Part shown: in pieces, positions 7,560-12,291 of the stretch
Layout: the number at the start of each line of letters is the position of its first letter
Numbering within the stretch: position 1 is the first letter of the stretch
Source: Bdellovibrionota bacterium FG-1
Lineage (GTDB): Bacteria > Bdellovibrionota > UBA1018
Direction: 5' to 3'
Assembly: GCA_051382295.1 (NCBI GenBank)
Contig: JBBCAW010000103.1
Span: forward strand, 1 to 12,291
Length of the DNA: 12,291 bases
The notes under the pieces: model-generated
What the model was told of the DNA's origin: nothing
What the model saw: only the letters and a program-made list of their open reading frames with translations
Databases searched by the model: none
Made by a program: the position numbers and the translations under genes

Positions 7560-8673
7560 TGTTCACTGTCCTTCCGTCTTTCTTAATCTGAAGTTCGAGA
7601 TGGCTCATCCCGTTTTTCAGTTCATTGAGCATTTCAAAAGCTTTGGCCGGGTCATTGATAGGGGATCCGCCGATGCCGGTGATGACATCGCCGTTCTGGA
7701 GTCCTAGTTTGTCATAAATGCTGCCGGGCACGATCTGAAAGAGTTTGTACCCATTGGCGATTCCATTTTCGGTATTCGGCACGGCACGGGCCTGGGTCAG
7801 CACGGTGTTAAAGTCCGCCAAGGCTTTGTCGACCTCGGAGCGGCTCACGCTGTATTGAGTGGGAGAGACTTTTTCGATCGTGACCCCTGAGGCCCGCGTG
7901 GAGCCGCCGCCGACCTGAATGCGCGGACCCGCCGTGTGAGCCTCCTCAGGAAGATCCACAAACTCTCGGCGTCTCGAAGCGATGTTCATAAAGGTGACTT
8001 TTCGAGGTTCAATTTTGACGATCCGAATTTTGGATGGAATTTCGTCCTCGATCCGAACCGGGTAGACTATAGCCACCGATTTGTCTTCGATCGTGGCGAT
8101 CGAGCGTAACTCGTCTTTTAAAATGAGGGTTCCTATCAGGTTGAACGGCAAAGACGTGCGAACGGGGGTTCCCCCTAAATCCATCTGAAAACCGGTCGTC
8201 GGGCCTTCTTCGCCCGGGATTTTTCCTTCATGGTTAAAAAGATTGCGGGTGAAAATCACCGTGTAATCGTCCACGGTCTTCATGCGATGAGAAGGGGTGT
8301 TGATTCGAGAGAGCCGGCTCACGGGGGGGGCTGGTACAAAATGCCCGGCCAGCAAGGCCATCAGGTCAGCAGCAAACCAGGCGCAAATTGCGAGCGCCGC
8401 GCCCTTGCCATAACTTCCGGCATCCTGTCGTTGGAAGGTTTTATTGGCCCATTCGACAGCTTGCATGGGTTCGAAGTGTTGGATTTTTGCGAGGAGTTCG
8501 CGAGCGCCGTCTTTTTGACTGATCTTTTTCGACCATTCCCGTACTTTAGGTCCGAGTCGTTTGAGTTGATGGGTCAAGGTTGTGTGCACGGGTCCAAGGC
8601 GGCCCTTTAATTTTTCGCGAAGTTTTTCGCGCCAGTTCGGAATTTGTGGATCTTCGGTTGGGCTGTCTGTCAT
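7540..8673 (-). CDS. gspC: T2SS protein GspC (TM + HR + PDZ)
   Basis: Single TM at about aa 91-112, HR-like region (LPFNLIGTLI...SIATIED) and C-terminal PDZ (GYKLFQIVPGSIYDKLGLQNGDVITGIGG). First gene of the operon, before gspD. The start codon is less certain. Confidence 0.9.
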   Translation of the reverse strand: MTDSPTEDPQIPNWREKLREKLKGRLGPVHTTLTHQLKRLGPKVREWSKKISQKDGARELLAKIQHFEPMQAVEWANKTFQRQDAGSYGKGAALAICAWFAADLMALLAGHFVPAPPVSRLSRINTPSHRMKTVDDYTVIFTRNLFNHEGKIPGEEGPTTGFQMDLGGTPVRTSLPFNLIGTLILKDELRSIATIEDKSVAIVYPVRIEDEIPSKIRIVKIEPRKVTFMNIASRRREFVDLPEEAHTAGPRIQVGGGSTRASGVTIEKVSPTQYSVSRSEVDKALADFNTVLTQARAVPNTENGIANGYKLFQIVPGSIYDKLGLQNGDVITGIGGSPINDPAKAFEMLNELKNGMSHLELQIKKDGRTVNNVYDIH

Positions 8674-8689
8674 GACGAGAGTTAGCTAA

Positions 8690-8706
8690 CGCAAGAGTAA
8701 TGCCAG
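8690..8706 (-). promoter_or_regulatory. Sigma-54 (RpoN) -24/-12 promoter for the gsp operon
   Basis: Minus strand reads CTGGCATTACTCTTGCG, against consensus YTGGCACGNNNNTTGCW, with exact GG-N10-GC spacing. It is oriented toward gspC and lies just upstream of it. Confidence 0.75.
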
Positions 8707-8831
8707 ACGGCGTAAAAAAATTTTCGACTTGCTTGCGCAAAAGATCGGAATAAAGTTGAATAAAGTCATCAGTGTAAAAAGAGTCAAAAAGTTTTCGATG
8801 GGTCGAGACTTTGATTTTAATGCAGAGCGTT

Positions 8832-8844
8832 TGACAAAATGTCG
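8832..8844. promoter_or_regulatory. Palindromic candidate transcription-factor site 1, TGACAAAATGTCG
   Basis: Shares 12 identical bases with site 2; TGACA-N3-TGTCG, one mismatch from a perfect dyad. Confidence 0.6.
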
Positions 8845-8881
8845 GAAGAGACGTGTTGGGTTTGATTCTGAAGTGGGGAAT

Positions 8882-8910
8882 CTGACAAAATGTCAAAAGC
8901 GGAGTACAGT
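8882..8910 (+). promoter_or_regulatory. Candidate sigma-70 promoter for the acyl-CoA dehydrogenase operon
   Basis: CTGACA (8882-8887; 5/6 match to TTGACA), 17-nt spacer, TACAGT (8905-8910; 4/6 match to TATAAT, keeping T-A-x-x-x-T), 44 nt upstream of ATG 8955. Confidence 0.5.
8883..8895. promoter_or_regulatory. Palindromic candidate transcription-factor site 2, TGACAAAATGTCA
   Basis: Perfect TGACA-N3-TGTCA dyad, 51 bp from site 1. Confidence 0.65.
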
Positions 8911-8940
8911 TGATTGAAAGTCCATTGCCATCGTAAAGAC

Positions 8941-8946
8941 AGGAGA
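8941..8946 (+). promoter_or_regulatory. Shine-Dalgarno AGGAGA for the acyl-CoA dehydrogenase gene
   Basis: AGGAGA lies 8 nt before ATG 8955. Confidence 0.8.
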
Positions 8947-8954
8947 ATTCAACT

Positions 8955-10718
8955 ATGAGTAGCGCATCCCATAGCACCCATGAAAATAGCTTCATGAAAG
9001 CTCTATTTTTCGGTCAAATCCGTGAAGAGATGATTTTTCCTTATCCTCGGGTTCCGGCTGAAACTGCCGAAACCGTGAAGATGATCGCCGATTCTTTGGC
9101 CAAGTTTGCACAGAATAATATTAAATCGGCCGAGTGGGACGAGAAGGGCGCGATGCCTCGTGAAATCGTTGACGCCATGTCGGAACTCGGCATGATGGGT
9201 TTAGCGGTTCCCGAGGAGTTTGGCGGTTTGGGCTTGCCCCAGTCTGCTTATGCCCGCGTCCTGCAAGAAGTGGGAATCATCGATGGCGCGTTGGCCGTGA
9301 CGATCGGCGCTCATCAAAGCATCGGCTATAAAGCCCTATTGCTCTTTGGCGATGAACAACAAAAGAAAAAGTGGCTACCTCGTCTGGCTGCGGGTGAGTT
9401 GATTGCTTGCTATGGTTTGACGGAGCCAGGGAGTGGCTCGGACGCGGCCTCGATTAAGACTAAAGCGGTTTTGAGCCCAGACGGTAAGCACTACATTGTG
9501 AACGGTAATAAACTTTGGATCACCAACGGTGGAATCGCTACTTTTATCACGATTTTCGCCAAAATCGAAGTGACGGAAGGCGGCCAGAAAAAAGAAAAGG
9601 TCACTTGTTTTGTCTTGGAACTTCCTGCTGAAGGGGTAAGTGCCGGTCCCTCCGAACACAAGCTGGGGATTCGCGCGTCTTGGACGAACGCGATCTTCTT
9701 GGAAAATGTAAAAATTCCGATCGAAAACATCATTGGCGGGGTAGGACAGGGCTTTAAAGTGGCCATGGGTGTCCTCAATCATGGGCGCATGGGGCTCGGG
9801 GCGGGCTGTGTCGGGGGTGCAAAAAAATGCATCGAAGCTTCAGTCGCGCATGCGCTGGAGCGCAAGCAATTTGGCAAGTCCATCGGCGAGTTCGGGATGA
9901 TTCAGGAAAAAATCGGCCGCATGATGATGAATTGCTACGCCGCCGAAAGCATGGTGTTCATGACGACCTCTCTGATCGACAGCAAGAATGTCGATTATTC
10001 GCTCGAGAGCGCGGCGGCCAAGGTTTTTGCCTCCGAAATGCTCTGGGAATGCGTGGATGAAAATCTCCAAATCTGGGGCGGCAACGGCTACATGAAGGAA
10101 TACCCTTATGAACGGTGGTTGCGGGACGCGCGCATCAATCGTATTTTTGAGGGAACGAACGAAATTCTGCGGGCCTTTATTGCGCTCTCTGGCATGCAAG
10201 GACCGGGGCAAACTCTCAAGGATGTAGCCGCTGGTCTTTCGGACATCATTAAATTCAAAGCCAAGGGCATGGGGCCGGTGAGTGAGTTTGCGATTCGCAA
10301 GGTTAAGCAAAACGTCGTCGGCGAAAGCATTACCAAGGCTCATCCGACCCTTAAAAAGATGGCCGGGGTGCTTGAAGAGTACGCCGTGGAATTTTCGACG
10401 CAGATTGAAGTACTGTTGCGTCGGCATGGCAAGGATATCTTTTTGCGCCAGTTTGCTCAAAAGCGAATTGCCGATATCGCGATTGATTTCTACGCCATGG
10501 CCTGCGTGCTTTCGCGCGTGACCCGGGCCCTCGAAGAAAAGGGCACGGAAAAATGCGAGCTCGAGCTTGCGATTGCGGAAGCCTTTTTTATGCGCGCCAA
10601 CCGCAGAATTCGAGGCAATTTCAAGGCGATCGATCGTAACGACGACGATGCCATGAAGTTGATCGCCAAGAAGGCTTTCGAACTGGGTAAATACCCCTTT
10701 GATAGTCTCGACCAGTGA
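8955..10718 (+). CDS. Acyl-CoA dehydrogenase, VLCAD/ACAD9-like long form
   Basis: 587 aa; SFMKALFFG...FPYP N-terminus, GAHQSIG, CYGLTEPGSGSDA, NGNKLWITNG, RKQFG, LQIWGGNGYM, RDARINRIFEGTNEI (catalytic Glu region), and an extra C-terminal helical domain typical of VLCAD/ACAD9. Confidence 0.95.
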   Translation: MSSASHSTHENSFMKALFFGQIREEMIFPYPRVPAETAETVKMIADSLAKFAQNNIKSAEWDEKGAMPREIVDAMSELGMMGLAVPEEFGGLGLPQSAYARVLQEVGIIDGALAVTIGAHQSIGYKALLLFGDEQQKKKWLPRLAAGELIACYGLTEPGSGSDAASIKTKAVLSPDGKHYIVNGNKLWITNGGIATFITIFAKIEVTEGGQKKEKVTCFVLELPAEGVSAGPSEHKLGIRASWTNAIFLENVKIPIENIIGGVGQGFKVAMGVLNHGRMGLGAGCVGGAKKCIEASVAHALERKQFGKSIGEFGMIQEKIGRMMMNCYAAESMVFMTTSLIDSKNVDYSLESAAAKVFASEMLWECVDENLQIWGGNGYMKEYPYERWLRDARINRIFEGTNEILRAFIALSGMQGPGQTLKDVAAGLSDIIKFKAKGMGPVSEFAIRKVKQNVVGESITKAHPTLKKMAGVLEEYAVEFSTQIEVLLRRHGKDIFLRQFAQKRIADIAIDFYAMACVLSRVTRALEEKGTEKCELELAIAEAFFMRANRRIRGNFKAIDRNDDDAMKLIAKKAFELGKYPFDSLDQ

Positions 10719-11917
10719 AGTTAGGGATCGACGTTCTACTGGCTGATACTCAGCTCAGGGCTCGTCTTCGGGGTAAACGGGTGGCCTTGCTAGGTCACCC
10801 GGCCTCCATGACTTCGCCGGCTTTTGGTTTTGTGCATAGTATGGACGCGCTGATGGCTTGTGGGGATCTTCGCGTGGTGGCCGCTTTTGGTCCTCAGCAC
10901 GGTCTTCGCGGTGATAAGCAGGATAATATGGTGGAGTCGGATGACTTTACCGATCCTGTTCATCATATTCCGGTTTTCAGTTTGTACGGTCAGGTCAGGC
11001 GACCGACGGATGCGATGCTCGATACCTTTGATATTTTGCTTTTTGACATTCAAGATGTCGGCTGCCGAATTTACACTTTTTTAACCACGCTTTTGTATGT
11101 CCTCGAGGCGGCCCAAAAAAAGGGCAAAAGCGTTTGGGTTTTAGATCGTCCTAATCCTGCCGGGCGTCAGGTCGAAGGGATGGCTCTCGTTGAGGGATGG
11201 CAAAGTTTTGTGGGCGCGGCCGCGGGCATTCCGATGAGACATGGGATGACTATGGGCCAAGCGGCTCGCTGGTTTGTCAAACATCTTAAGCTTGATGTGG
11301 ATCTTCACGTGGTGGAGATGGAGGGGTACCAACCCGATCAAGGGCCGGGTTATGGGTGGCCTCTGGGGATTCTCCCTTGGGTCAATCCCAGTCCCAATGC
11401 TGCCTCGTTGTCGATGGCGCGGGCCTATGCAGGTACCGTGATGATTGAGGGCACCACGCTTTCAGAAGGGCGGGGTACCACGCGGCCGCTCGAGCTTCAG
11501 GGGGCGCCGGATTTAGCCATGCCCGAAATTTTAGCTTGGATGCGCAAGGCGGCTCCACATTGGCTGGAGGGGTGTTTGCTCCGACCGTGTTTTTTTGAGC
11601 CTACTTTTCATAAGCACGGTAAACACTTGAATTCGGGTTTTCAGATTCATGTGGATCATCCTGGCTATAATCCGGAGCGATTCAAGCCGTACCGTTTGAT
11701 CGCGCTTTGGTTTAAGGCTATTCGTGCGATTCACCCGGATTATCCCCTGTGGCGAGATTTTCCTTATGAGTACGAAGCCGACCGTTTGGCCATCGATGTG
11801 ATTAATGGCAGTCCCAGATTGCGTTTGTGGGTCGATGATTCGCAAGCCACTCCTTCAGATTTGGATGCGATTTGCGAGCCCGAGGAGCGGGTTTGGCGAG
11901 AGGGGCCGAGAGGGTAG
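10715..11917 (+). CDS. DUF1343 / NamZ (GH171 exo-beta-N-acetylmuramidase) family protein
   Basis: KLGIDVL, FGPQHG, PVFSLYG, FDIQDVGCRIYTF, VLDRPNP, IPMRHGMTMG, WVNPSPN, IEGTTLSEGRGTTRP, FEPTFHKH. GTG start overlaps the upstream stop (GTGA). Confidence 0.9.
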   Translation: MKLGIDVLLADTQLRARLRGKRVALLGHPASMTSPAFGFVHSMDALMACGDLRVVAAFGPQHGLRGDKQDNMVESDDFTDPVHHIPVFSLYGQVRRPTDAMLDTFDILLFDIQDVGCRIYTFLTTLLYVLEAAQKKGKSVWVLDRPNPAGRQVEGMALVEGWQSFVGAAAGIPMRHGMTMGQAARWFVKHLKLDVDLHVVEMEGYQPDQGPGYGWPLGILPWVNPSPNAASLSMARAYAGTVMIEGTTLSEGRGTTRPLELQGAPDLAMPEILAWMRKAAPHWLEGCLLRPCFFEPTFHKHGKHLNSGFQIHVDHPGYNPERFKPYRLIALWFKAIRAIHPDYPLWRDFPYEYEADRLAIDVINGSPRLRLWVDDSQATPSDLDAICEPEERVWREGPRG

Positions 11918-12291
11918 GAATGAAAAGAATCTCAGAAACCAGGTCTGAGCTTGATCGGCGACGGCATCTAAAGCGCCGGGCTCTTCAAAAAGGTGAGTGG
12001 CGCCAGGAACAATAACCAGCTCGCCTGTGCTGAGGGACTTCAAGGCTTCTTCATTCATCTGGATGACTGCTTGATCTTCGCCTCCCACTATCAAAAGCGT
12101 GGGTGCGGTGACTTCCTTGAGTCGTGGAATTGCGAGATCAGGTCTCCCGCCGCGGGAAACGACTGCAGAGATCTGGTGCCCCAGATCTGCAGCGGCCCAA
12201 AGCGCAGCCCCGCCACCGGTGCTGGCCCCAAAGTAACCCAGGGGAAAACTGCTCAGATGTTCTTGGTTTTGAATCCAATGCGTTGCCATCA
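11855..12291 (-). CDS. Dienelactone-hydrolase-family alpha/beta hydrolase (5'-partial; this domain is often fused to a phosphoribosyltransferase)
   Basis: GYFGASTGGGAAL (nucleophile elbow), AVVSRGGRPDLA, PTLLIVGGED (Asp), VPGATHLFEEPGAL (His). The N-terminal part of the fold is missing, so ATG 12289 is probably internal. Confidence 0.88.
   Translation of the reverse strand, partial: MATHWIQNQEHLSSFPLGYFGASTGGGAALWAAADLGHQISAVVSRGGRPDLAIPRLKEVTAPTLLIVGGEDQAVIQMNEEALKSLSTGELVIVPGATHLFEEPGALDAVADQAQTWFLRFFSFLPSRPLSPNPLLGLANRIQI

Noticed and set aside
1..8673. Type IV pilus or MSHA interpretation of the operon
   Set aside because: A GspC with PDZ, an N0-N3 secretin, GspG-specific motifs and the C-D-E-F-G-H-I-J order indicate a T2SS despite the MshEN domain.
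8669..8740. Short palindromes GTCATGAC (8669-8676) and TTGCGCAA (8733-8740)
   Set aside because: 8-bp palindromes occur readily by chance; no repetition or other support.
8804..8816. IHF-like site AATCAAAGTCTCG on the minus strand
   Set aside because: One mismatch to WATCAANNNNTTR in AT-rich DNA, and farther upstream than typical IHF sites at sigma-54 promoters; too weak to call.
8802..8895. FleQ-box interpretation of the dyads
   Set aside because: FleQ boxes are GTCA-N6-TGAC, whereas here the half-sites have the opposite orientation and different spacing. GTCGAGACTTTGAT at 8802 is only a loose match.
8831..8896. Perfect TTGACA hexamers (plus 8831-8836; minus 8896-8891) as sigma-70 -35 boxes
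   Set aside because: Neither has a plausible -10 at 16-18 nt; they are by-products of the TGACA dyads.
8546..8995. 149-aa minus ORF and 62-aa plus ORF (8729-8917) spanning the intergenic region
   Set aside because: The long one overlaps both flanking genes. Both run across the promoter and dyad elements and lack convincing RBS or protein features, so the region is better explained as regulatory DNA.
9375..11845. Antisense and alternative-frame ORFs within the acyl-CoA dehydrogenase and NamZ genes, including the 206-aa ORF 9840-10460
   Set aside because: Fully embedded in well-supported genes with no independent evidence.
1..12291. CRISPR arrays, tRNA/rRNA, IS elements, intrinsic terminators
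   Set aside because: I saw no periodic repeat-spacer structure, RNA-gene signature, transposase or convincing intergenic hairpin-polyT; the window is almost entirely coding.

Overview
This window holds a minus-strand type II secretion system operon (gspC-D-E-F-G-H-I-J, running off the left edge). A 281-bp AT-rich divergent regulatory region separates it from a plus-strand pair: a VLCAD/ACAD9-like acyl-CoA dehydrogenase gene coupled to a DUF1343/NamZ-family glycosidase gene. A convergent, 5'-truncated dienelactone-hydrolase-family gene overlaps the end of the NamZ gene. The proteins resemble those of Bdellovibrionota or other delta-lineage bacteria (inference from recalled family features, not a search). 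I found no wholly new system. Several details are not explained by the ORF track: (1) a well-spaced sigma-54 promoter immediately before gspC, plus two TGACA-N3-TGTC(A/G) palindromes, one covering the -35 of a candidate sigma-70 promoter for the divergent gene; (2) a tandem MshEN-type c-di-GMP-binding motif on GspE; (3) gspH has no in-frame ATG/GTG/TTG upstream of its prepilin motif and appears to start at CTG; (4) bases 1-127 exactly duplicate 500-626, making an in-frame GspJ/GspI chimera, probably a k=127 assembly loop but possibly a real 499-bp tandem duplication; (5) GspG has a Cys pair and lacks Pro22; (6) the NamZ homolog has PQHG instead of PEHG, no signal peptide and an apparently rearranged 3' end.
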